Part shown: in pieces, positions 30,558-40,539 of the stretch | Layout of the letters: each line of letters opens with the position of its first letter | Numbering within the stretch: the stretch's first letter is position 1 | Assembly: GCA_964451145.1 (NCBI GenBank) | Contig: CAYVHK010000004.1 | Span: 3,844-67,843 of the forward strand | Reading direction: 5' to 3' | Length of the DNA: 64,000 bases | Source of the DNA: an uncultured bacterium | Lineage (GTDB): Bacteria; Poribacteria; WGA-4E; UBA9662 | The notes under the pieces: generated by a model | What the model saw: only the letters and a program-made list of their open reading frames with translations | Databases searched by the model: none | What the model was told of the DNA's origin: nothing | Program-made: the position numbers and the translations under genes

Positions 30558-31925
30558 TCACTGGTGAGATGGACACCATCGTACAGTCCGCAGATGGTCG
30601 AGTAACACAGTCATAGCTTCTTCTGTTTGATTACGCTCCAATGCTTGAATAGAAAAAGCTCGAACAAAATGATTAGAATCATTAAGCGCTTCTGTTAACG
30701 CTGGAATTGCGGGGCTATTATGTTGTCCGATCCTAGCCAAGGATAATGCAGCGTTTCGACGTACTAAATCGTTTTTGTCAGTAAGAGGTTGAATCAATGG
30801 TTCAACAGCCACCTGACTATCGGAAGCAATGGTACCAAGTGCTTCAGCTACATGATGACGAACTTTTTCGTTGTCATCAGTCAATTTTTCAAACAGGGTT
30901 GGTAGCGCACTTTTGGCTTTCAAGCCTAGATCGCCTAGCGTATCAGCAACTCTTGCCCGCACTTTTGCTTCTTTGTGATCAAGTAATTTTGTCAATAAAG
31001 GTGTAGCTAAAATTCCTGAGGTGCTAAAACCGTACATCGCATTACGGCAAGCTACCTCATTCTCACTAATGGTAGCTTCAACCAGTGAGTCTAACCCAGA
31101 CTTTCCCAGATGACCAAGTTTGTAGGCTGCATTAACAGCAGTCGCTTCTTGGTCTGATCCCAGTCGGCGGCTCAATTCAATCGAAGGCTCAATAACAGAC
31201 TGATGACTATTTTGCTCACCCAAATGCCAATTCCACAAATGTTGCCAAATCTGTTCCTGTGGATTGTTGCTGACTGTCCAATCTAAACCTTTATAGTCCC
31301 AACTCGGTTTTATTGGCTCAGACATCCTAGTAAAAAGGAATTTCATCATATATCGGTTTTTATCCGAAGAATTTAGCATCTTCCGGTGAAATACGTCATA
31401 GTGAACAATGGCAACAGTGCCAGCTTCTCCTGTAAGTGCTAATTCATCTGCTTTATCGAAAGGAGGGTGAGTATTATAGTACTGTGAGCCAGGCCAGATA
31501 GCAGTGGGGCCAATTTCTACTGGACTATTCTGTGGATAATAAAATGCCATCGCCCAGCGAGTATGATGATGTCTATGATGATCATCAACGGCAAATCGGC
31601 TGTTATGGAGACTATCTTTATGCATTCCTTGTTCATTACTATTGGGTAAGTTCTCATGGCAATGACGATGTGGGTGAAGATAGTAATCGGGACCAAGAAT
31701 ACTAATCAAAGCACCATGTACAGCCGGATGATCGAATATTCTTTGAATTTTTGGTAACCGAGGTAGCAAATTATTGCCTGGGTTGCCTACTGAAGCAAAT
31801 AATTCTTCCGTATCTTTGTACAAAGCATTATGGAAATTTTTAGGGAAATCGACTTTGACAGAAATGTAGCCTTCACGAATAAATTTCTGCATGGCTTGAT
31901 CATCGAGTAGTTGAACCGGCTTCAT
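30558..31925 (-). CDS. PhyH-family dioxygenase fused to HEAT repeats (paralog of 20861-22183)
   Basis: 455 aa; same architecture and colinear similarity (…GNPGNN…RLP.IQ…HPHRH…HKDS…TRW.MAFYYPQ… then HEAT repeats). Confidence 0.65.
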   Translation of the reverse strand: MKPVQLLDDQAMQKFIREGYISVKVDFPKNFHNALYKDTEELFASVGNPGNNLLPRLPKIQRIFDHPAVHGALISILGPDYYLHPHRHCHENLPNSNEQGMHKDSLHNSRFAVDDHHRHHHTRWAMAFYYPQNSPVEIGPTAIWPGSQYYNTHPPFDKADELALTGEAGTVAIVHYDVFHRKMLNSSDKNRYMMKFLFTRMSEPIKPSWDYKGLDWTVSNNPQEQIWQHLWNWHLGEQNSHQSVIEPSIELSRRLGSDQEATAVNAAYKLGHLGKSGLDSLVEATISENEVACRNAMYGFSTSGILATPLLTKLLDHKEAKVRARVADTLGDLGLKAKSALPTLFEKLTDDNEKVRHHVAEALGTIASDSQVAVEPLIQPLTDKNDLVRRNAALSLARIGQHNSPAIPALTEALNDSNHFVRAFSIQALERNQTEEAMTVLLDHLRTVRWCPSHQ

Positions 31926-31942
31926 TTTTTCATTCCTTTTTT

Positions 31943-33016
31943 TCAGTTATCAATGGAAATCATTTTTAGGCAAACAGGAGTTGGCACTTGTGCCGAGTGT
32001 CCGGTGTATTTCAACAAACCACTTTGAGAATCAACTTTAAATACATAGATATCATTACTACCATGATTGGCCGCCAGTAGATAATCACCGGTAGGATCGA
32101 GACCAAAATTGCGCGGGGATTGTCCACGTGTTAATTCGTGTCCAATGCAAGTCAATTGTCCATTAGCTTGATTGACGGCGTAGATGACAATACTGTCATG
32201 GCCACGATTAGAACCATAAACGAACTGGCCATCTGCCGAAACGTGAATGTCGGCACAGGAATTAGTATCTTTAAAATTCTCTGGTAACGTCGATATGGTT
32301 TGCACTGAGTCTAGATATCCACCGTCGGGTTGGTAGTCGAAAACGGTAATAGTGGAACCGATTTCGTTGATTACATAGGCCCATTGTTGACTAGGGTGAA
32401 AATCGAAATGGCGTGGCCCTTGACCAGCAGATACCGTAACAAAGGGCTGATCATTAGCAATTAATTGACCGTTTTCTCTATTCAGTTGATAAATAATGAC
32501 CTGATCCAAACCCAAATCAGGTGAAAAAACGTGTTGATTATTTGGAGCAATCATAATGGCGTGAGCGTGTGGGCTCGTTTGTCGTTGTACGTTAATACTA
32601 GCACCTTTGTGCTGGACAACTGATGAAGCTGGATTCAGATAGCCGTTGGAGTCAACTGGAAAGGCGGCTACTGTACCGGAACCATAATTCGCGACTAAAA
32701 CATATTGACCAGTAGCATCAACGCTGAGGTGGCAAGGAGCAGTTCCGTGACTCGGTTGACGATTAAGAAAGGTTAGTTTTCCTGACTGCTGGTCAATGGA
32801 AAATGCACTAACTGAACCAGTCTCTTGGCCTTCATAATTGCCAATTTCGTTGACTGCGTATAGAAACTGATTCTTTGGATGAACAGCAAGAAAAGAAGGA
32901 CTTTTAACATTATTGATTTGGCTTTCGAAAACTAGCTGCCCAGTTTCTGAATCCATCCGATAGACGTAAATCTCTTGACTATAGGTACCAACGTAGACCC
33001 GAATTGACTGATTCAT
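31943..33016 (-). CDS. lactonase, 7-bladed beta-propeller (6-phosphogluconolactonase-like)
   Basis: 357 aa; repeated beta-propeller blades and N-terminal IRVYVGTYS... characteristic of YbhE/Pgl-type lactonases. Confidence 0.65.
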   Translation of the reverse strand: MNQSIRVYVGTYSQEIYVYRMDSETGQLVFESQINNVKSPSFLAVHPKNQFLYAVNEIGNYEGQETGSVSAFSIDQQSGKLTFLNRQPSHGTAPCHLSVDATGQYVLVANYGSGTVAAFPVDSNGYLNPASSVVQHKGASINVQRQTSPHAHAIMIAPNNQHVFSPDLGLDQVIIYQLNRENGQLIANDQPFVTVSAGQGPRHFDFHPSQQWAYVINEIGSTITVFDYQPDGGYLDSVQTISTLPENFKDTNSCADIHVSADGQFVYGSNRGHDSIVIYAVNQANGQLTCIGHELTRGQSPRNFGLDPTGDYLLAANHGSNDIYVFKVDSQSGLLKYTGHSAQVPTPVCLKMISIDN

Positions 33017-33200
33017 ATTAAATTAACCTCTGGGAAAATTGATGAAATCCATTAAAAAGACTTGGCCATAGGTCAAGCGAGCCTATTGTACGACAAAGTG
33101 AATATGCGGTCAAATTTCCAACTTTGCTGTAAAATGGACCAACAAGCTATAATACGAAGTGATTTTAATTACTAATTTTTCTAATTTTATGAGGTATGAC

Positions 33201-33971
33201 ATGAGTTTGGATGGTCAAATTTGTATTATTACTGGTGGAGGTAGTGGTATTGGTCGAGGAGCAGCTATTCGATTGGCATCTGATGGGGCCACTATTGTCC
33301 TAATCGGTCGAACAGCTAGTAAGATAGAAGCTGTCAAATCTGAGATTGAAGCAGAAGGCGGTCAAGCCACTAGCTATGCCTTAAGCGTAGCTGATGCAGC
33401 CGCAATTCAACAAATGGTAAATGAAGTATCTGCAACCTATGGGAAAATTGATATTCTTGTTAATAATGCTGGGCATAGTTCTCATAACCGACGCTTACTA
33501 AACTGCCCACCGGAAGAAATTCAACAGGTTATTGATTCTAATTTGACAGGAACTTTTTTCTGTACTCAAGCAGTGGTGCCAACTATGTTAAAAGCCAAAT
33601 TAGGCACGATTATTAACGTTTCATCATTGGCAGCTATTACGCCAGGCCCATTTAGCGGATTCGCATACGGGGCTGCCAAGGCCGGGGTTATCAATTTCAC
33701 CCAATTTTTGAATGAAGACTTGAAAAATACTGGTATTAGGGCTAGTGTGTTGATTCCGGGTGAGGTTAACACTCCCATTCTAGATAACCGTCCTATCACA
33801 CCAGAAGAAGATGTTCGAAGAGGAATGGTCGATGTGGATGAGACCTCAGCTGCCATCCACCTAATTGCCAATCTACCTGCTCGAACCAATATTCCAGAAC
33901 TTACGATTCGGCCAACTTGGCAACGAAGCATAGCAGATGAAATTGTCGAATTAGACGTATTGAAGAGATAA
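33201..33971 (+). CDS. SDR-family oxidoreductase
   Basis: TGGGSGIG Rossmann motif, NNAG, catalytic YxxxK (YGAAK); ATG 33201 has GAGG RBS 9 nt upstream. Confidence 0.8.
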   Translation: MSLDGQICIITGGGSGIGRGAAIRLASDGATIVLIGRTASKIEAVKSEIEAEGGQATSYALSVADAAAIQQMVNEVSATYGKIDILVNNAGHSSHNRRLLNCPPEEIQQVIDSNLTGTFFCTQAVVPTMLKAKLGTIINVSSLAAITPGPFSGFAYGAAKAGVINFTQFLNEDLKNTGIRASVLIPGEVNTPILDNRPITPEEDVRRGMVDVDETSAAIHLIANLPARTNIPELTIRPTWQRSIADEIVELDVLKR

Positions 33972-33985
33972 TCCGAATGAAAATA

Positions 33986-34969
33986 TCAGTTACTCTCGGA
34001 ATATTCGGGAATAATGTAGTGTTCTGGGTTCTGAGGTACATTTTTTATGTAAACACCGTAATGGAGATGGTAACCGGTGCTAGTACCAGTCGAACCAACG
34101 TACCCAATGACTTCGCCTCGTACAACTTCCCTACCTTTTTTAATCCCTTTGGCAAATCTCAGTAAATGACCATAGAGAGTATCCATTTCCTTGCTGGTAT
34201 GACTGATTCGAATATAGCGCCCAAAACCTTTTGGGGCGTTACCTGTTTTTTCTATTATGCCGTTAGCGGTAGCAACCACCGGCGTACCTTTGCGAGTGGC
34301 AATATCCAGACCATTATGGAAATGGCGTTTGCGCGTGATTGGATGCAAACGATATTTGAAGCCAGATGAAAAATAGTAATCGATTCCATACTTAGGTTTA
34401 TCACCTTTGTATGATGGGCGAATAGGCAAAATGAAGGGAGTTTCGGTCACTTGTTCTAATTGTTCCATTACCGCTTGGTAAACCTCGCCAACTTCTTGCT
34501 TCAAAGCCGGAATTAACTCTGGGTTATCAGCAAAGGAGTCTAGTACTGGTTTTCTTTTTTTATTTTGGGAGGCAGTATTCAGCCCGTTTGTGTCCCCGGA
34601 GACTTTTGGATCAGCTTCGGAAAGTAGAAATTCGGAGTCACTACCACCCTGTCCGAGCAAGCCTTCGTCCTCTAAACCTAACACACGCCGAACGACCTTG
34701 ACCATATCACGCACTTCTTCCCATTTCTTTTCATAAAAGTGAAGCTGTTGTTTTTGTGCGTTGATTTCAGCTTTTTGTTTCAGACTTTTTTGGGTGGTTA
34801 AGTCAAGCTTGTTTTTAGCGTGTATACCATAACCCACCGCACTAGCAATAATTGCTAATATGATCAATATTAGAAAACCGAAAAAAAGAATTTTACCTCT
34901 TCCGACGGCATATCTTCGAATATGTTGATTATCCGAAGACATGACAATCACCGTGTAGGAACGAGACAA
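33986..34969 (-). CDS. M23-family metallopeptidase (murein endopeptidase-like) with N-terminal membrane anchor
   Basis: HxxxD / HLHY motifs (HNGLDIA...GSTGTSTGYHLHY). Confidence 0.8.
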   Translation of the reverse strand: MSRSYTVIVMSSDNQHIRRYAVGRGKILFFGFLILIILAIIASAVGYGIHAKNKLDLTTQKSLKQKAEINAQKQQLHFYEKKWEEVRDMVKVVRRVLGLEDEGLLGQGGSDSEFLLSEADPKVSGDTNGLNTASQNKKRKPVLDSFADNPELIPALKQEVGEVYQAVMEQLEQVTETPFILPIRPSYKGDKPKYGIDYYFSSGFKYRLHPITRKRHFHNGLDIATRKGTPVVATANGIIEKTGNAPKGFGRYIRISHTSKEMDTLYGHLLRFAKGIKKGREVVRGEVIGYVGSTGTSTGYHLHYGVYIKNVPQNPEHYIIPEYSESN

Positions 34970-35118
34970 TTGGAAGACCTCCGATTAGCTTGACTGTATC
35001 TGATCAGCGCAGGGGAGTATAGCACAAAGCTATACCTTGAACAAGCTGGAACTGAGACTCAGTAAAGCCATAATCAATATTTTACAGGTTAGTATTTCAA
35101 CTGCCCTTAGTAAGCTAT

Positions 35119-36831
35119 TTACCTGTTTTTTTGTACTTTGGCCCAAGTATCTCGCAAGGAAACAGATCGATTGAAAATTAGTTGATCATCAGTTCGGTCT
35201 GAATCAACACAAAAGTAGCCTTGTCTTAGGAACTGATATGAATCTCCAGCCTGCCCTTTTGCTAAACTTGGTTCTACAAAACAATCAGTTAACACCTGAA
35301 CCGAATTAGGATTTAGATAATCCTTATAATCCTTACCTATTTCAACTTGGTTAGGGTCCTCTTTTGAAAATAAGCGGTCATACAACCGAATCTCGGCTGA
35401 CACAGCATGTTTGGCTGAAACCCAATGCAGCGTACCCTTGACCTTTCTTCCATCTTTAGACCAACCGCCTTTGGTATCTTGGTCGTAAGTACAACGCACC
35501 TCAACGATTTCTCCAGTTTTCTTGTCTTTAACCACACTTTTACAGGTTATGTAATAAGCATGCATAAGACGAACTTCTTGCCCTGGGGACAGGCGAAAGT
35601 ATTTCTTGGGTGGATTTTCCATGAAGTCCTCTCGTTCGATGTATAGTTCTCTTGAAAATGGAATGTTTCGCTTACCCTTACTGTTGTCTTCTTGGTTATT
35701 TACGGCCTCAAGTTCCTCTGTTCGATCAGGTTCATAATTCTCAATAACTAATTTCAATGGATTCAAAATCGCCATTACTCGATTGGCTTGTTTATTCAAG
35801 TCTTGGCGAAGGCAGTGTTCTAAAAGGGAAATGTCAACTAGATTATCGCTTTTACCAATGCTTGTTCGACTACAAAAATCACGAATAGCCGTAGGAGTAT
35901 AGCCACGCCTACGCAAGCCCGATAAGGTTGGTAGCCGCGGGTCATCCCATCCGTTTACCCATCCATCTTCTACCAACTGCAACAATTTTCTTTTGCTCAT
36001 TATTGTATAACTGAGATTTAGGCGAGCAAACTCGATTTGCTGTGGGCAATAAATGTCCAGTTTTTCCAAAAACCATTCATATAATGGGCGGTGATTTTCG
36101 AACTCCAATGAACAGAGTGAATGTGTAATTTTTTCAATGGAGTCTGATTGCCCATGAGTAAAGTCATAGGTCGGATAAATGCACCAAGTATTACCAACCC
36201 GATAGTGGTGCGCTCTCAAAATACGATACATTACAGGGTCCCGAAGGTTCATATTAGGTGATGCCATGTCAATCTTGGCACGCAGTGTCTTTGATCCATC
36301 AGTAAATTCACCGGCATACATCCGTTCAAATAGATCCAAATTTTCTTCCACTGAGCGGTTTCTGTATGGACTTTCGCGTCCAGGTTTGGTCCAAACACCT
36401 CGATACTGGCTGGTCTCCTCTGGGTTTAGGTCGCAAACATATGCATAATTTTTCTGAATTAGTTGGATGGCATAGTGATAGAGTTGCTCAAAATAGTCTG
36501 AAGCATAGTACTCTCGATTTTGCCAATCGAATCCTAACCAACTCACATCGGTCTTTATTGCTTCAACATATTCAATACTTTCACCCACTGGGTCGGTATC
36601 ATCAAATCGCAGATTATATAAACCATCATAATCGTTGGCAATGCCAAAACTGATGGTGATAGCTTTGGCATGCCCAATGTGTAAATAACCATTTGGTTCC
36701 GGCGGGAATCGGGTATGTACACGTCCTTGATGCTTTCCATTAGCCAAATCGGTTTCTACAATTTGTCGAATGAAATCTGTAGTAGATTCTATTTTTTTTT
36801 CGTCTTCAGTGGTTATTTTATCACTGCTCAT
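35119..36831 (-). CDS. glnS: glutamine--tRNA ligase
   Basis: 570 aa; class I HIGH (YLHIGH), FDDTDP, KMSKR-like (IMSKRKL) and GlnRS anticodon-binding beta-barrels. Confidence 0.85.
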   Translation of the reverse strand: MSSDKITTEDEKKIESTTDFIRQIVETDLANGKHQGRVHTRFPPEPNGYLHIGHAKAITISFGIANDYDGLYNLRFDDTDPVGESIEYVEAIKTDVSWLGFDWQNREYYASDYFEQLYHYAIQLIQKNYAYVCDLNPEETSQYRGVWTKPGRESPYRNRSVEENLDLFERMYAGEFTDGSKTLRAKIDMASPNMNLRDPVMYRILRAHHYRVGNTWCIYPTYDFTHGQSDSIEKITHSLCSLEFENHRPLYEWFLEKLDIYCPQQIEFARLNLSYTIMSKRKLLQLVEDGWVNGWDDPRLPTLSGLRRRGYTPTAIRDFCSRTSIGKSDNLVDISLLEHCLRQDLNKQANRVMAILNPLKLVIENYEPDRTEELEAVNNQEDNSKGKRNIPFSRELYIEREDFMENPPKKYFRLSPGQEVRLMHAYYITCKSVVKDKKTGEIVEVRCTYDQDTKGGWSKDGRKVKGTLHWVSAKHAVSAEIRLYDRLFSKEDPNQVEIGKDYKDYLNPNSVQVLTDCFVEPSLAKGQAGDSYQFLRQGYFCVDSDRTDDQLIFNRSVSLRDTWAKVQKNR

Positions 36832-36848
36832 GGCTTGTTCCTTTTTTC

Positions 36849-37799
36849 TCAGTTCTGAAAAATCAAAATTTGTTGATCATCTTTGGTCTTGTAGTAGGAC
36901 TCTTGCTTAAAACCGGTTTTCTCTAAAATGTTAATTCGTTTTTGGTCTTTACCTCCGGTATGGCATAAAACAGCACCAAGGGGTAGATCCATTTCGGCTA
37001 TTAGCAGTGGCGTTTGTTGCCAAAATTTGGGATGAGCAAATAAATCTAAGTGCCCGTGTTCATTTTCTTTAATCTTCAAGTTAGCAAAAGCCACTACTGC
37101 TCCATTTTCACTTTGTAAAAGTAAGGTTTTGTATCGGTTTGGTTCTGTCTCTAATTTTTTTTTGAAGTGTAAAAACCCACCCTCAAAGTTAGTTGGACCT
37201 TTAATATCATAAATTGTACTTCTTAAGTGTACGCCTTCGACAATACCAGTTAGGGCTGTTAAATTACTCCAATCGTGCCACTCAACTTTTTTAACACTAG
37301 TTTCCGACAAAAGAAAGTGTTTCTTCTCGTAATCTGGATGAACATTGTACTTCATAAAACCAGATTCAGGATAGATACTGCGGAAACCGAAGTGATGGTA
37401 AATCCAATAAGGAGTGGAGTCATAACCAGTACCTAAATACAACAGACGACCTTTCCGATGCAAAAAGTCCTCCATTTGATGGGCCATAATTGCTTTACAA
37501 GCCCCTTTTCGACGTTGACAAGGCAAAGTGAAAACATGGCCTAGAATCCCTATACCGTTAGCTTCGGTCGTCATGATATTACTCACAATCTTCCCATCCA
37601 ATTTACCGATGTAAAACCGGGTTTCCAATTGGTCGAGTGATTTCTCAAAACATTGTTTAATGTGCCATCTGTAGTGATCAGGTTTATGACAGAGAAATTG
37701 GTTGAGTTCATTGGCGTAGTTGGCATCAGGTGTAATAACCACACCGACTTCCATCAATTGACCTGATTTAAGCTTAACTTCTGCGATTTGTTTATACAT
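36849..37799 (-). CDS. GNAT-like acetyltransferase family protein (tandem halves)
   Basis: 316 aa; acetyl-CoA-binding-like Q/RxxGxG/A segment ([10 protein letters not shown]) and GNAT topology; weak. Confidence 0.4.
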   Translation of the reverse strand: MYKQIAEVKLKSGQLMEVGVVITPDANYANELNQFLCHKPDHYRWHIKQCFEKSLDQLETRFYIGKLDGKIVSNIMTTEANGIGILGHVFTLPCQRRKGACKAIMAHQMEDFLHRKGRLLYLGTGYDSTPYWIYHHFGFRSIYPESGFMKYNVHPDYEKKHFLLSETSVKKVEWHDWSNLTALTGIVEGVHLRSTIYDIKGPTNFEGGFLHFKKKLETEPNRYKTLLLQSENGAVVAFANLKIKENEHGHLDLFAHPKFWQQTPLLIAEMDLPLGAVLCHTGGKDQKRINILEKTGFKQESYYKTKDDQQILIFQN

Positions 37800-37805
37800 A
37801 TCCTT

Positions 37806-38822
37806 TTATTCGCTTCCTCGTATTTTCTGGTTTGATTTTAATTCCATCAAGTTGAGCAAAGTACTATTACCAGATTTTTTCAAAATGGCTTTCACTGGCT
37901 GTAAGAAGTGGTTACTTATTAGGTAGGTATGAGCTGATTGTCCATGACTAACGTCTACTAAATCTCCTTTGTTTTGACCAATTTTCAAAATTACACTCAT
38001 TTCGTTTTTCACTAAAAAATTAATCTGAAAAATAGTTTTTTCTAGTGGTAATTTCAATTCTTCCTCAATATTGATTGAGTCAATACCAAAAAGTAAATCA
38101 TCCATAATTTTTTGTGAAATTGATACCTGTCTAGGTTGGATAATCTTCCAACCATCAGCTTTTTTTTGGCAGACGATTTTCTGTTGATCTCTGTGAATCT
38201 CAACTTGGTAACAGTTGGTTCGTTGGAAATCGAGCAAGCGGGCTTCTTGGACTGCTTTAAATTCACCATTTACTAGTCGAAATTGGGCCGGTGTTTTTTT
38301 TAAATCTAACATCAAGCTGGATTCCACCAAAAAAACGGCTGTTTCTTGCTCAACTTTTACATAAATAGAATAATCAACCGTTTTTTTTCCAACAAAAAAA
38401 ACAATGGGTTGAAGAGAACCCGTCCATATTTTTACTTGGATTCGAGGTGGCTCTAGTTGGCACTCAAATAAGTCAACAGTCTCCAATTCCCGCTTAATTT
38501 TTTTTCCCAATAAATCGGTCAATAATTGGTTAACTGTGTTAGTGTTTGCGGGATGTATTAAAGAATTAATAGGTGAAGATACAGCCCAATTTTCTTGACC
38601 AACTATGTCAGGCTTTTCTGTTCTAGCCAAGTTATATGATTCAAAGCCTAATTCCTGGCTGGTTACTTCAATCCTACGCACAAGATTGTGGCGTAAATGA
38701 TACCTTTCACCTATCGTTTGAAAGGTGAAGACGTCTACCTGTTTTTTAGGTTCAAGTTTAAAATAGATAAAAATAGCTAAAGAAAAAGAAAGAAAAGTCA
38801 AAAGGGTAGTCTTAAAGTTCAC
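37806..38822 (-). CDS. hypothetical membrane-anchored protein
   Basis: 338 aa; N-terminal TM helix; no recognisable domain. Confidence 0.45.
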   Translation of the reverse strand: MNFKTTLLTFLSFSLAIFIYFKLEPKKQVDVFTFQTIGERYHLRHNLVRRIEVTSQELGFESYNLARTEKPDIVGQENWAVSSPINSLIHPANTNTVNQLLTDLLGKKIKRELETVDLFECQLEPPRIQVKIWTGSLQPIVFFVGKKTVDYSIYVKVEQETAVFLVESSLMLDLKKTPAQFRLVNGEFKAVQEARLLDFQRTNCYQVEIHRDQQKIVCQKKADGWKIIQPRQVSISQKIMDDLLFGIDSINIEEELKLPLEKTIFQINFLVKNEMSVILKIGQNKGDLVDVSHGQSAHTYLISNHFLQPVKAILKKSGNSTLLNLMELKSNQKIRGSE

Positions 38823-39057
38823 TGGGGATTGTTCAGTTGGCTTTTAGTAATCGATCGAGCAAAAAAGCAGAAATAAAAAACGTTTGCATCAAGCTGTGCT
38901 TCACTGAAACACGATTTTTTGTAATTCAACTACTGTTCAAAATGAAGCATAAAACGCAATATTACTTACTTGATTGATTTTTGCTTACATAAATAGTATA
39001 CACACTATTATTCCAGTGATAGCTATATATTTGATTAGACATTAGAATCTTGGGGAA

Positions 39058-40113
39058 TTATTTTTGTAAACTAAAAAACTCTACTAAATCGGATCCGTGT
39101 GTTTTTGTGTTTAGTTGGTTTTCGATTTTTGCGATTTTACCTTCCATATCAATATAGATTGCCATTCGATCACTAGTACTACTAATGGTTTCCTTGGCCG
39201 CTCCATACAACATACTCAAGTTTCGACCAACATCAACTAATAGTGGAAAGTTGAGATTGTCACGAATGACAAAGTCCCGATGTGATTTTGCGTCTTGAAC
39301 CGAAATACCAAACACCTGGATGTTCAAGGATCTAATTTGGCTCATCTCATCCCGGAGAGAGCAAACTTGTGCCGTTCAGCCAGGTGTCATATCCATTGGA
39401 TAAAACGATAAAACGACATTCTTTTTATTTTTAAAATTGCTGAGACGATAGCCTTTTCCATTTTCATCATAAGCGACAAAATCAGGAGCTAGCTGTCCAA
39501 CTTTGATCTCATATTTTATTGTAGATCGAATTGTTTTCAGTATTTCGATTCCGTGTTCTGGAATATTAATCTGGTTATTAATAGAACGAACGTATCCAGA
39601 CTTATCAATAACAAAAGTGGTCCGGCCTGACATTTTTTTGTCACTTGTGATACTTGAATATAGTTTAGAGACTACTAAATTGGTGTCGGCCAGAAGGGGA
39701 AATCCAAACTGATATTGTTCCTGAAAATCGTGATGCGATTTTTAGTCGATACCACTAATACCATAAATGACAGTTTCAGTTGCTTTAATATTGGTCAACT
39801 CATCACGGAGCGACTCCAATTCAGAAGTTCAGCCACCAGTAAAATCTTTGGGATAAAACGCCAAAACTACGTTTTGCTTACCCCAGTTTTGACTTAGGCT
39901 ATGTGTATTACCAGATCCATCCTCTAGCTGAAAATCAGGAGCAACCATACCAACAACGATCTCTCCCCCTACGGTAGGATAAAGAAGCGTTTGCTTTCTT
40001 TGTTCAGCTACATTTTCTACCATTTTAAACTCCTTTTTCTTGGTCTGTATTTCACCAATCACAGAAGCGAATGAAATAAGAATCACTAATATTATTAATG
40101 CGTGCCTATACAT
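39058..40113 (-). CDS. secreted tandem double peroxiredoxin (Bcp/PrxQ-type x2 in one frame); TGA (39829-39831 and 39376-39378) at both peroxidatic-Cys positions, likely selenocysteine, plus in-frame TAA at 39742-39744
   Basis: Continuous frame: signal peptide...VAPDF...FYPKDFTGG-TGA-TSELESLRDE...GISGID-TAA-KSHHDF...FPLL...TFVIDKSGYV...KVGQLAPDF...FYPMDMTPG-TGA-TAQVCSLRDE...FGIS...FPLL...AIYIDMEGKI; no stop or start codon between the two Prx units. Confidence 0.75.
39340..39362 (-). promoter_or_regulatory. candidate SECIS hairpin downstream of second Prx TGA
   Basis: mRNA +14..+36 after UGA: G-C,C-G,U-A,C-G,[U bulge],U-A,C-G,U-A,C-G, loop CGGGAU; same geometry as the first with compensatory changes (C-G vs G-C; U-A vs G.U). 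Confidence 0.4.
39793..39816 (-). promoter_or_regulatory. candidate SECIS hairpin downstream of first Prx TGA
   Basis: mRNA +13..+36 after UGA: G-C,[A bulge],G-C,U-A,C-G,G.U,C-G,U-A,C-G with 3'-bulged U and loop CGUGAU. Confidence 0.4.
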
Positions 40114-40228
40114 TGAGTTGATAAACTAATCTCCGGCTATTTTTAATCAGTCCAAGAACATCTTGATCTTGGCACTTAACATTTATTGATCTATGAAAAA
40201 AGAACTACCTGTTCTAGTTTGGAATAGC

Positions 40229-40438
40229 TCAGCCATCAGGGGGGGCGCTAGTGGTAGATCCTCGACTTGTTAGTGAATTGGCAGTTTGACCACAGAACGT
40301 GGAAAACACTTTTTGAGGGTTAACCGTTCCACAATTTGGACATTCGATTTTTGCAATTTGCTCAGCTGTAATATTCATCGATTGTAACAATTCAAACCGA
40401 TCCTTACACTGATTACATTGGTATTCGTAAAGTGGCAT
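40229..40438 (-). CDS. FmdB-family zinc-ribbon protein
   Basis: MPLYEYQCNQC...CPNCG (CxxC...CxxC) typical FmdB regulatory zinc ribbon; longer ORF-track version is read-through of intergenic DNA. Confidence 0.65.
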   Translation of the reverse strand: MPLYEYQCNQCKDRFELLQSMNITAEQIAKIECPNCGTVNPQKVFSTFCGQTANSLTSRGSTTSAPPDG

Positions 40439-40539
40439 TTGCTTTCGTACTTCCTTATGATATAATCCTTGCAAAGCGGTCAGTATTATAAAGAGAAAGC
40501 CATTATATTGCAAAAAAAAGACGAAAGGGAAATTTCCCC

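Noticed and set aside
35017-35035. Perfect 7-bp palindrome GTATAGC-acaaa-GCTATAC in the M23 peptidase leader / glnS downstream region
   Set aside because: No T-run, so it is not a terminator. It is too short to assign as an operator without comparative data.
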